From Eledone cirrhosa (taxonomy: Eukaryota), in NCBI GenBank assembly GCA_964016885.1, contig OZ024741.1, forward strand, positions 307,148,001 to 307,212,000: a stretch of DNA of 64,000 nt, read 5' to 3'. A program made the translations under genes and the position numbers. Below are positions 1-11,414 of this stretch, in pieces. Each line of letters starts with the position of its first letter. The first letter of the stretch is position 1. Below the pieces are notes generated by a model. The model was not told where the DNA came from, searched no databases, and saw only the letters and a program-made list of their open reading frames with translations.

Positions 1-315
1 TTGTGTCTGTGTGTTTGAATTTCTTTTTACTTAAAGAAAAGGTGCCTCACGAAGGCTTTTTTTTTAATAAACGTGATTTGATTGGTTATAAATGAAATTT
101 TTCTGTCACGTGAACAAGTTTTCATTACATTTTCGCGCCCTTATTTGGAAATCTATTCAGTAGCCTTTATAGAGAATGTTATGACAAGGAAAAGATAGGG
201 GTCAAGAGAAATGGGATGGGAGAATTGTACTGGTTCAAGTGAATATGGTTAGTTCGCTGGGGTGTCAGAGTTCAGATTTTCTATTGAAGTAAAGATATGT
301 ATGTTTAGTGTGTGG

Positions 316-350
<35 letters not shown>
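1..350 (-). repeat. One unit of the ~350-390 bp tandem repeat from the 3' region of the Neptune-like PLE (element continues off-window)
   Basis: Matches the units at 24310-25380 on the same strand and ends in (GT)n. Confidence 0.75.
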
Positions 351-353
<3 letters not shown>

Positions 354-354
354 A

Positions 355-666
355 ATTTATTATAATTATTGACCAACCAATCAATTTACTTCTCGAAAAA
401 CCTGGCATTTCGAGCCACTTTTTCCATATAAAACAAGTAACATTCAGAAACCAACCAGATGTGAGAAAAACCACAGACCCTCCATCACAACTCTACTTTT
501 GAAAAGCAGAAGAACTCCGAAACCGGTAAAGGAACCAAATAAATATATATATTTAAAAAAAAAAAATAAGACTCCAGTTGCATTTTCGATTTCATCTTTT
601 TCTTTATACTTTCACTCGTGTAGGACACCGGTTATTTTTCAATTTGTAAAAAAACCTCACTTTCTA

Positions 667-668
<2 letters not shown>
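355..668 (+). mobile_element. Inverted terminal (pseudo-LTR) fragment of the Neptune-like PLE
   Basis: Reverse complement of 23921-24230; abuts (TA)n. Confidence 0.75.
496..532 (+). ncRNA. Minimal type I hammerhead ribozyme, U3-A8 core variant
   Basis: CTT-TTGAAAA-GCAG aagaa CTCC-GAAA-CCGG-TA-AAG: palindromic CCGG loop III, short helix I, one mismatch in helix II. Confidence 0.55.
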
Positions 669-745
<77 letters not shown>

Positions 746-757
746 CATATATATATT

Positions 758-789
<32 letters not shown>

Positions 790-843
790 CATATATATAT
801 ATACATATAGATATACATATATATATATACATATATATATTTA

Positions 844-893
<50 letters not shown>

Positions 894-927
894 CATATAT
901 ATATATACCTTTATATATATATATATA

Positions 928-983
<56 letters not shown>

Positions 984-1038
984 CATACTTATATATATAT
1001 ATATACATACATATATATATATAAATATATATATATAC

Positions 1039-1075
<37 letters not shown>

Positions 1076-1123
1076 CACATATATATATATATACATATAT
1101 ATATATATGTACACAGATATATG

Positions 1124-1156
<33 letters not shown>

Positions 1157-1287
1157 GTACATATATATATATACATATATATATATATGTACACATATAT
1201 ATGTATATATATATAAATATATATATATATATGTACACCTATATATGTATATATATATACATATATATATATGTACACATATATATG

Positions 1288-1320
<33 letters not shown>

Positions 1321-1392
1321 GTACACACACATATATATATATATATATATACATATATATACATATATACATAAATATATATATATACATAT

Positions 1393-1423
<31 letters not shown>

Positions 1424-1446
1424 TACATATATATATACATATATAT

Positions 1447-1523
<77 letters not shown>

Positions 1524-2090
1524 TATATACATATATATACATATATATATACATATATATATACATATATATATATATGTACACATATATATGTATATAT
1601 ATATATATATATGTACACATATATATATATATATACATATATATATATGTACACATATATATATATACATATACATATATATATACATATACATATATAT
1701 ATATATATATTCATATATATATATACATATATATATATACATATATACATATACATATATATATATACATATATAAATATACATATATATATAGATAAAT
1801 ATATATGTACACACATATATGTATATATATATATATATGTATATATATATGTATATTTATATATGTATATATGTACACATATATATATATGTAAACACAT
1901 ATATATCTATATGTACACATATATATATATATATATGTACACACATATATATATATACATATATATATATATGTACACATATACATATATATATGTACAC
2001 ACACATATATATATATACATATATACATATACATACATATATATATACATATATATATATATACATATATATATATACATATATATATAC

Positions 2091-2122
<32 letters not shown>

Positions 2123-2142
2123 ATACATATATATATATATAC

Positions 2143-2199
<57 letters not shown>

Positions 2200-2204
2200 G
2201 AAAC

Positions 2205-2235
<31 letters not shown>

Positions 2236-2298
2236 CATATATATATACATATATATACATATATACTTATACATATATATATATATATACATATATAC

Positions 2299-2333
<35 letters not shown>

Positions 2334-2440
2334 AATATATATACATATATATATACATATATATATATACATATATATACATACATATATATATATACAT
2401 ATATATATACATATATATACATATATATATATATATATAT
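669..2440. repeat. Interrupted (TA)n microsatellite
   Basis: TA dinucleotide with mostly C interruptions. Confidence 0.98.
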
Positions 2441-2484
2441 TTATTAAAATAACAGATTAAAGTTTAAGCAAAGAATCGCTGCTT

Positions 2485-4029
2485 ATTAACCCTACGAAGT
2501 CCGATTTAGGTAGACTTAGTAAAACGATTCTTGATAGAATTATACCTGAAATTAGAAGTTTGGCCCCTCTCGCACTGTGGAACAATTCTTTCGAAGTGAT
2601 TGATTGGTTCAACGGCATATGTAACAAGGAACATTGCCGTTTTATCCAATTCGACATCAACAATTACTACTCCTCCATCACTTTACCACTTCTCCTTAGA
2701 GCTATCAATTTCGCTAAAACACTCACAGTGGTTAAGGATTTTGAAGTTGATGTCGTCCTTAATGCCCGAAAGTCGGTGATTAATTTCGACCACTCTATTT
2801 GGATTAAAAAATCCAATAGTACCCCATTCGACGTGAGTATGGGCGCCAGTGACTCTGCCGAGGTTACTGATCTCATTGGCCTTTTCCTTCTTTTCTCTGT
2901 CAAGGACGAATTCCCCAACGCGGGCGGTGGTTTGTACCGTGACGATGGTCTTTTGACCATGACTAAGTGCGGACCTCGTGCTTGCGACAGGTTCAGAAAA
3001 GAACTCACAGCCTTCTTTAAAGGCTTCAACCTCTCTATACAGGTTGAGGCCAATCTCTCGGTCGTTAATTACCTCGACGTTACCCTCAATTTATTGAATG
3101 GGTTGTATTACCCGTATAGAAAGCCGAATGATACGCTTAATTACATAAGTAAGCATTCCAACCATCCTGCCAGCATAACTAAGAACCTGGTAAGAAACGT
3201 TTCGTTGAGGCTTTCCCGTCTTTCCACCAACGAGCGCATTTTCAACGACCATTCCACTTATTACAATGAAGCTCTTGCTCGAAGTGGATTTGTCGATAAG
3301 GTAACATATACAGAGTACGAAAATAGACCTAGAAGAAATAGATCCCGTCGCATTTGTTGGTTTAACCCACCATATAATATTGAGGTGGCCACACCATTAG
3401 CTAAGATCTTTCTTTCCCTTATTACGAAGCATTTTCCCCCTACACATAAATATAGTAAAATTTTTAATAGAAATACTATTAAAATTTCTTACTCTACGAC
3501 TCCTAACCTTGCACATAACATCACAGCTTCAAATTTAGCTAAACTACCTAGCCGTAGGAACACGTGCAACCCTGTAGTTAGTACTAACTGTAATTGTAGG
3601 AATCGGGCTGATTGCCCCCTATCCTGGAAATGCCTCTCTAGTAACATTGTCTACAAATGTAAGGTTGTAACACCCACGTCCCGTAGGGCCTACATAGGGT
3701 TAACCGCCAATAGTTTCAAGCAGCGTCTTTACATGCATACTCATTCTTTTCATTACCCTCTAAGAAGGAATATGACGTCACTTTCAGCTTATATCTGGAG
3801 TCTAAAAGACAACCACACCCAATATAAGTTACACTGGGAGATCCTAGCTAGGGCTAGATCGTATAACGGAAATAAAAGACCATGTTACCTCTGCGCCGCT
3901 GAGGCCCTGGAAATACTCTACGCTACAGACCACATCTTAAACAAAAAATCTGAGGCAATTTCGGCTTGTAAACATAAATTGCACAAAACTTTCCTGTATT
4001 ACAGCCCCACGGTATACCCTAACGGATAG
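2485..4029 (+). CDS. PLE reverse transcriptase + GIY-YIG endonuclease, uninterrupted but lacking the N-terminus
   Basis: Motifs QFDINNYYSSI, VSMGASDS, LYRDDGL, NYLDVTL, CNCRNRADC (CxCx5C), IVY...YIG, CYLC. The frame is open from 2485 (INPTKSDLGRLSK). Confidence 0.9.
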   Translation: MNPTKSDLGRLSKTILDRIIPEIRSLAPLALWNNSFEVIDWFNGICNKEHCRFIQFDINNYYSSITLPLLLRAINFAKTLTVVKDFEVDVVLNARKSVINFDHSIWIKKSNSTPFDVSMGASDSAEVTDLIGLFLLFSVKDEFPNAGGGLYRDDGLLTMTKCGPRACDRFRKELTAFFKGFNLSIQVEANLSVVNYLDVTLNLLNGLYYPYRKPNDTLNYISKHSNHPASITKNLVRNVSLRLSRLSTNERIFNDHSTYYNEALARSGFVDKVTYTEYENRPRRNRSRRICWFNPPYNIEVATPLAKIFLSLITKHFPPTHKYSKIFNRNTIKISYSTTPNLAHNITASNLAKLPSRRNTCNPVVSTNCNCRNRADCPLSWKCLSSNIVYKCKVVTPTSRRAYIGLTANSFKQRLYMHTHSFHYPLRRNMTSLSAYIWSLKDNHTQYKLHWEILARARSYNGNKRPCYLCAAEALEILYATDHILNKKSEAISACKHKLHKTFLYYSPTVYPNG

Positions 4030-4957
4030 CACAATCTATACGTGGATATTTTACGTCTTGATGTGGGAGCTAAGTATATGTTTTGTTTATTCCTTTACTT
4101 ATTTGCATAAGTAAGTATATATTGCCCGTATGTTTTGTGAAGGTATGTATACCTTCTCGTACGTATATTTGACTGTTATAGCGTATAATTTTTACATATT
4201 CTGGTATTTAGGGTTTGGCTATGTGTATACGGGAGTTTTGCGTCCGCGTGAGTGTGCAGGTTCGTACGTATGGTGGGTGTGTGTATATGTGTACTTCTTG
4301 TTTTAGTTGACTTACGTCTCCGAACATTCCTGTATTTATATGTAGGTATGCGTGTGCGCTTGTTATATACGTTTTTATTTACTTATATACGTTTATATAA
4401 TTATTTATTTATTTGTACACAAGCATACACACACACACATATTTATATGTGCGTGGTTTTGTATACCCATGGTAAGGTTTTGCGTATGCTTGTGTATGTA
4501 CGTATCTGTTTGCGTGTATGTATTTATTTGTTTCTATTACTTCTGTATTGTATTTATTTACTTTGTTCTTACCTCTGTAGCGGAGATTCATTTGGTCTCC
4601 TAGTTAGAATTTTAGTCTACGATTTCTGCTATACCATTTACGTGGTTTTGTCTTTGCGTGCTATTGTTCTCCACGCTCCACATATGACTTATTATCTTCG
4701 TTTTTTCGTTCATTGCCAGAGAACGTCTCTATGCACCACCTAAGAGAACATTAGTCTACAACCTCTTTTATACCATAAACGTGGTTTTGTCTTTGCGCGT
4801 AATTGTTTTTCACCGCTCCTATTAATGACGTATTATTCGTTTTTTCCCGTTCTTTGCCAGCGAACTTTACCACGAACCAAAGTATCGTCTTCCTGTCTTC
4901 CTCCGGTTGCAACGTTTTTTGAAATATCCAGTTCTGCGTTTACAGATTGACTTTGTT

Positions 4958-5008
4958 AGTTTCAGAAGATCCCGTTAAGGGTGAAAGCAGCGATTCTTTG
5001 CTTAAACT
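4958..5008 (+). ncRNA. Hammerhead-like motif with a U4A core change
   Basis: AGTTT-CAGAAGA-tCCC gttaa GGGt-GAAAGCAG cgattct TTGCT-T-AAACT; helices I-III pair. Confidence 0.55.
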
Positions 5009-5179
5009 TTAATCTGTTATTTAAAAAAATATTTGCTCTACGGTTCTTATATATTTGATATATATTTTCCTTATCGAGCCCTCTTTGGATTTTAGTCTTC
5101 AATTTTATTATTATTACATATATATATACATATATAGATACATATATATATATACATATATATATATACATATATATAC

Positions 5180-5212
<33 letters not shown>

Positions 5213-5240
5213 CATATATATATACACATATATATATATA

Positions 5241-6752
5241 TAATATATAAGATCAAAAGATGATTAAATGAGTTCCATGTATTTTATTATGCGCATTTCA
5301 AAAACAAATATCATCATGCAATAACATTTGTGTTTTCATCAGATAAAATAGGACATGATATGAAGGTTAAAATACACTTGTGGATAGTACAGTTTTAAAT
5401 CAGCATATGAAAAGTAGTTTTAGATTGATGTGTGATATTGGGAAAAAAAGATTTTTGAGGGGGGGGGTGGAAAGGATGAAAAAGAGGAGGAGATGAAAGT
5501 AAAAAGTGGAGGGGGAGGAGTATAGTGAGGAAGGATGAGATAGGAGGAGAGATGGGTGATAGAGAGAGAGAGAGATAGCTTTTATAACTGAGAAAAATAT
5601 ATTGTTTTACATAGAGAGGTTGAAAAAACCGTTGGAAGATAATGTATAAATTAAAAGAATTTGAAAATTAACGAAGATAAAAATAATGTAAAGTTAAGGT
5701 TTGTATAATGAAGGGTTTAATAATATGTGCGATGAAAAGAAATTGTTAATATGTATTAAGAATAATATTTAAAGGTTTAATAATATGTGCGATGGAAAGA
5801 AAATGTTAATATGTATTAAGAATAATATTTAAGGGTTTAATAATATGTGCGATGGAAAGAAAATGTTGATATGTATTATTAAAAACAGAAGTAATGTAAG
5901 TAAGGATATATTGTGAGATGAGCATGAATGAGTTAGATGAAAGGGAGAAAAAAATAATGAATAGAGGATGAATAATTTAACGTCAAAAAATGTTTATGTT
6001 TACGAAGGATTTTTTCAATGTGATATGAAGTAAGAATATGTTGTATTGTGTAATAATTGTTTCTATGTTAGGCACAGTGAGAAAAGGTACAGATTAGGGG
6101 TTAAAAATTAGGAGTGATGTAGAATATAATAAATATAATAAATAACTTTGAAATAAGGTAGAAAGATGGGTATATTTTTAAAGAAGTATATATATATATG
6201 TGCCTTTGAGAAAAGGATTTTGAATTGATAAAGTTTATCATATTAGCTGTATACTTAATGGAAAGTTCTGTGGAATTTATGCAAGCAGATAGAAATCAAG
6301 TCAGTGCGTCTATTTATTATAGAATCTAAATTAGAAATAATGGTAAATTTTTCATTTAGACAGAGATTGCAAGTCTTAGATAGAGAACTGTTTTACATAG
6401 ATATATTGTTTTACATAGAGAGGTTGAAAACCGTTGGAAGATAATGTATAAATTAAAAGAATTTGAAAATTATATATGTAAAACAATATATCTATGTAAA
6501 ACAATATATTTTTCTCAGTTATAAAAACTATCTCTCTCTCTCTCTATCACCCATCTCTCCTCCTATCTCATCCTTCCTCACTATACTCCCCCCTTTCCAC
6601 CTTCACTCTCATCTCCTTCTTTTTTCATCCTTTCCACCCCCCCTCTAAATAAAATATTTTTCCCAATATCACACATCAATCTAAAACTACTTCTCATATG
6701 TTGATTTAAAACTGAACTATCCACAAGTGTTTTTTAACCTTCATATCATGTC
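5241..6752 (-). mobile_element. Hydra-like PLE family B 3' remnant with a rearranged, inverted 5' junction
   Basis: 6240-6390 on the minus strand encodes the endonuclease C-terminus (KTCNLCLNEKFTIISN); 6477-6752 is an inverted copy of ~5352-5612; 60-bp tandem repeats at 5712-5880. Confidence 0.8.
5280..5350 (-). ncRNA. Type I hammerhead ribozyme (family B), intact core
   Basis: TATTTTAT-CTGATGA-~16-bp helix II-GAAA-TGCGCA-TA-ATAAAATA. Confidence 0.85.
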
Positions 6753-7147
6753 CTTCTCTACACACAAGCTTCTATAACATTCATATATAAGATACATTAC
6801 CAGTACAACCCCCTTAATACCCTTGATTACTCGCTTGAAGGGATTGTATTACATGTAACACCCTGCCGCACTATAATATTATATAAATAAGACACACGTG
6901 CTTGCCACAGGTGTAACTATTGCACACACTAACTACTTCTGACTATCCTATCGCATTAATTTCATGTTGTATTTTAGCTTTAATTTTAATTTTATCCTCT
7001 TTTTATATGACTGTAATCTTTAAATGTATATTGCCACGCTAAATGTTATAATGGATGTCAACCCACCAAGCAACAATATATGCATATGTTTCTGTATGTC
7101 TCTTGGGTTGAAAAGGAGGTCATGTATGTGATCATTCATTAATAAAT

Positions 7148-7194
7148 TGCTCCGAAGAATCCAAACCTCGGTTTGGAAGAAACAATTGTAAGCA
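7148..7194 (+). ncRNA. Hammerhead-like motif (U4C) in an orphan pLTR-like segment (~6755-7380)
   Basis: TGCT-CCGAAGA-aTCCAAACC tc GGTTTGGAa-GAAA-CAATTG-TA-AGCA. Confidence 0.65.
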
Positions 7195-7380
7195 TATGAA
7201 TGATTTGAACAGAACTTTGATTCTTATAACTTATATATAACTGCTCTGTAAAACAACTGATGTTATTACATTGAGAAGGTAGTAATATATTACTGCCTAT
7301 CACTATTTAGGGTTTGAATAAATATATATAACTACAAAAAGTTTTTGTATATGCATAACCATAAAGAGTATCCTTAATAC

Positions 7381-7416
7381 TATGTATATATATATATGTA
7401 TATATATATATATGTG

Positions 7417-7449
<33 letters not shown>

Positions 7450-7470
7450 GTATATGTATATATATATGTG

Positions 7471-7517
<47 letters not shown>

Positions 7518-7537
7518 TTATATATATATATATATAA

Positions 7538-7571
<34 letters not shown>

Positions 7572-7669
7572 TATATATATATATGTGTATATATATATAT
7601 GTGTATATATATATGTATATATATATATATATGTGTATATATATATATGCGTATATATATATATATGTG

Positions 7670-7736
<67 letters not shown>

Positions 7737-7745
7737 GTATATATA
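7381..7745. repeat. Interrupted (TA)n microsatellite (G-interrupted)
   Basis: Direct reading. Confidence 0.97.
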
Positions 7746-7783
7746 TAATATAAAGATCAAAAGATGGTTAAAGGAGTTCAATA

Positions 7784-7854
7784 TATTTTATTATGCGCAT
7801 TTCAAAAACAAACATCATCAAACAATAATATTTGTGTTTTCATCAGATAAAACA
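7784..7854 (-). ncRNA. Type I hammerhead ribozyme (family B), inverted-arm copy
   Basis: Reverse complement of 10197-10267. Confidence 0.85.
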
Positions 7855-8612
7855 GGAGAACATGATATGAAGGCTAAAAAAAAACACTTGTTGATAGTGC
7901 AGTTTTAAATCAACATATGAAAAGTGGTTTTAGATTGATGTGTGATATTGGGAAAAATATTTTATTTAGAGAGGGGGGGAGAGAAAAGGATGAAAAGGGA
8001 AGGAGATGAGAGGGAGAGATGGGTGATAGAGAGAAAGAGATAGTTTTTATAACAGAGAGGAGATATATTTTATATAGAGGGGTTGAAAACCGTTGGAAGA
8101 TACTGTATAAATTAAAAATTTTGAAAATTAACGAAGGGAGGATATGTGCGAGGAAAAAATATATTATATTTAGGGAGGGGTGGGGGTGGAAAGGATGAAA
8201 AAAAGGGGAGGAGATGAGAGTGAAGGTGGAAAGGGAGAGATGGGTGATAGAGAGAAAGAGATAGTTTTTATAACTGAGAAAAAGATATAATGTTTTAATA
8301 TAGAGAGGTTGGGAACCGTTGGAAGATAATGTATAAATTAAAGGAATTTGAAAATTAACGAAGGGAAATTATGTATGGAGATAGAGAGAAAAAAATAACG
8401 AAGGGAGATTATGTATGGAGATAGAGAGAAAAAAAATAATAATTGTGGGTGAATATTCAAAAGGAGAAATGTAGGAATTTTAAAATTAGCAAAGAGAAAA
8501 AGTTTATGTATAGGATTTGAGAAAAATAATGTGAAGTTAGAGTTTTTATATTGAATTCATATGTATTAATAATGAGTTCGTTGATGGGGAGAAAAAAATA
8601 ATAATAAATATA

Positions 8613-8960
8613 ACTAGCACCAACTCCTTCACCTATTTTGGCTCCACTTCCACCTCTTTTAAAGCTCGTCTCTATAATCATCATTCATCTTTCAAATACA
8701 AACTTAAAAGAACTAACACTGCTCTCTCAGAACTCATATGGTCCTTAAAAGACAAAAACATTAAATATAACATCTTTTGGAAAAAGATTTCTTCTGCATC
8801 CTCGTACTTGAACAGTTCTCTATCTAAAATCTGTAATCTCTGCCTAAATGAAAAATTTACCATTATCTCTAACCTAGAATCCATAATAAATAGACGCTCG
8901 GATTTGTTTTCCATCTGCCTGCATAAATTCCATAGAACTTTTCACAAAGTATACAGTTAA
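8613..8960 (+). pseudogene. GIY-YIG endonuclease C-terminal fragment (PLE family B)
   Basis: TSTNSFTYFGSTSTSFKARLYNH...CNLCLNEK...CLHKFHRTFHKVYS*; close to the ORF at 34943-35521. Confidence 0.85.
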
Positions 8961-10196
8961 TATTCAATTCTTTATCAATTTAGAATCTTTTCTCAAAGGC
9001 ACATATACATACACCTCTTTAAAATATACCCATCTACCTTACTTTAAAGGGCATTATACACTCTATAGTACTCGTTTACTCATTTACCTCATCCTATCTT
9101 CTCGTAAAACAATAACATTTGTTTTTGACATTTTGAATATTCATCCGCAATCATTATTATTTTTTTTTTTTTCCCTCTATCATAAATCTTTTTAATCTCA
9201 ATTTCATCCTTAATTTATTATTATATATTTTTTTTAATATATACTCATATATTCTTTAAAATATACCCATCTACCTTACTTTAAAGGGCATTATACACTC
9301 TATAATACCCGTTTACTCATCACCCTCATTATATCTCCTCGTAAAACAATAACATTTGTTTTTGACATTTTGAGTATTCATCCGCAATCATTATTATTTT
9401 TTCTCTCTATCATAAATCTTTTTAATCTCAATTTCATCCTTAATTTATTATTATTTTTTTCTCCCCATCAACGAACTCATTATTAATACATATGAATTCA
9501 ATATAAAAACTCTAACTTCACATTATTTTTCTCAAATCCTATACATAAACTTTTTCTCTTTGCTAATTTTAAAATTCCTACATTTCTCCTTTTGAATATT
9601 CACCCACAATTATTATTTTTTTTCTCTCTATCTCCATACATAATCTCCCTTCGTTATTTTTTTCTCTCTATCTCCATACATAATTTCCCTTCGTTAATTT
9701 TCAAATTCCTTTAATTTATACATTATCTTCCAACGGTTCCCAACCTCTCTATATTAAAACATTATATCTTTTTCTCAGTTATAAAAACTATCTCTTTCTC
9801 TCTATCACCCATCTCTCCCTTTCCACCTTCACTCTCATCTCCTCCCCTTTTTTTCATCCTTTCCACCCCCACCCCTCCCTAAATATAATATATTTTTTCC
9901 TCGCACATATCCTCCCTTCGTTAATTTTCAAAATTTTTAATTTATACAGTATCTTCCAACGGTTTTCAACCCCTCTATATAAAATATATCTCCTCTCTGT
10001 TATAAAAACTATCTCTTTCTCTCTATCACCCATCTCTCCCTCTCATCTCCTTCCCTTTTCATCCTTTTCTCTCCCCCCCTCTCTAAATAAAATATTTTTC
10101 CCAATATCACACATCAATCTAAAACCACTTTTCATATGTTGATTTAAAACTGCACTATCAACAAGTGTTTTTTTTAGCCTTCATATCATGTTCTCC

Positions 10197-10267
10197 TGTT
10201 TTATCTGATGAAAACACAAATATTATTGTTTGATGATGTTTGTTTTTGAAATGCGCATAATAAAATA
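10197..10267 (+). ncRNA. Type I hammerhead ribozyme (family B), intact core
   Basis: TGTTTTAT-CTGATGA-AAACACAAATATTATT gttt GATGATGTTTGTTTTT-GAAA-TGCGCA-TA-ATAAAATA. Confidence 0.88.
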
Positions 10268-10508
10268 TATTGAACTCCTTTAACCATCTTTTGATCTTAT
10301 ATTATGCATACTCCAGTCCCACAAACTGTAGAGTGCTTCTTATCCGATATCTGCATTGCTTTATTGTACTACAATAAAACTCACCTCCTACATATGTATA
10401 TATATATATATATATGCAGATATATATGTATATATATATATATGTATATATATGTATATATATATATGTATATATATATATATGTTTATATATATATATG
10501 TATAAATA

Positions 10509-10572
<64 letters not shown>

Positions 10573-10622
10573 AGTATGTATGTATACGTACATACATATA
10601 TGTATACAGACGTACAGTAGCA

Positions 10623-10666
<44 letters not shown>

Positions 10667-10882
10667 TATACATATATATACATACAGGTACACATATATA
10701 TGATAGCTAACAAGCTTGAAACTAGTACATCGCTCCTGTGTCAGTGTTGAACAAAAAGGTGACGTGGTTGCCTTAACACCGTATGGCATAAATCAGGCTG
10801 TTCGCTTGTTTACAAACGGACAAAGCGGGCGTTATAATAAACGTTCGCTAAACTGATACGTACATATATATATGCGTACCTG

Positions 10883-10948
<66 letters not shown>

Positions 10949-11193
10949 TGCTACTGTACGTCTGTATACATATATATACATATATGTATGTACGTATACA
11001 TGCATACTTACATTTAAGTAAGTGCCGTACTAAGAGTGAGAAATGAAATTTCGTTTCATTATATTACAACTTATCGTTTCCGGTACGCCTGGCCGACTGA
11101 ACTCACTCGATATGCAAATTAGGCTGCTCAGCCGTTAATTTTCATAAGGAAAGTATATACTTTCGAACGTTCAACTATCTGGCAGAAGGGTAT

Positions 11194-11236
11194 ACGCTGT
11201 TGATGATAGCTAACAAGCTTGAAACTAGTACATCGT
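11194..11236 (+). ncRNA. Minimal HHR, array copy (C3U)
   Basis: TTGATGA-tAGCT aaca AGCTt-GAAA-CTAG-TA-CATCG. Confidence 0.65.
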
Positions 11237-11414
11237 TCCTGTGTCAGTGTTGAACAAAAAGGTGACGTGGTTGCCTTAACACCGTATGGCATAAATTAGG
11301 CTGTTCGCTTGTTTACAAACGGACAAAGCGGGTCTTATAATAAACGTTCGCTAAACTGATACGTACATATATATATGTGTACCTGTATGTATATATATGT
11401 ATATATATATCTAT

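Larger units (their letters stand above)
2447..5120 (+). mobile_element. 5'-truncated Penelope-like element, Hydra-like family A, with a 38-bp inverted pLTR piece at its 5' end
   Basis: RT plus C-terminal GIY-YIG ORF; 2447-2484 is the reverse complement of ~4985-5022; flanked by (TA)n. Confidence 0.9.
7746..10393 (+). mobile_element. Hydra-like PLE family B, 5'-truncated, with ~860-bp inverted arms and a ~90-nt 3' tail
   Basis: 7746-8607 is the reverse complement of ~9447-10304; the spacer holds an endonuclease fragment; the tail 10304-10393 recurs at 51319-51408. Confidence 0.88.

Noticed and set aside
7746-10304. DNA transposon or MITE with terminal inverted repeats
   Set aside because: The arms are PLE 3' sequence with an HHR, and the spacer encodes GIY-YIG, not a transposase.
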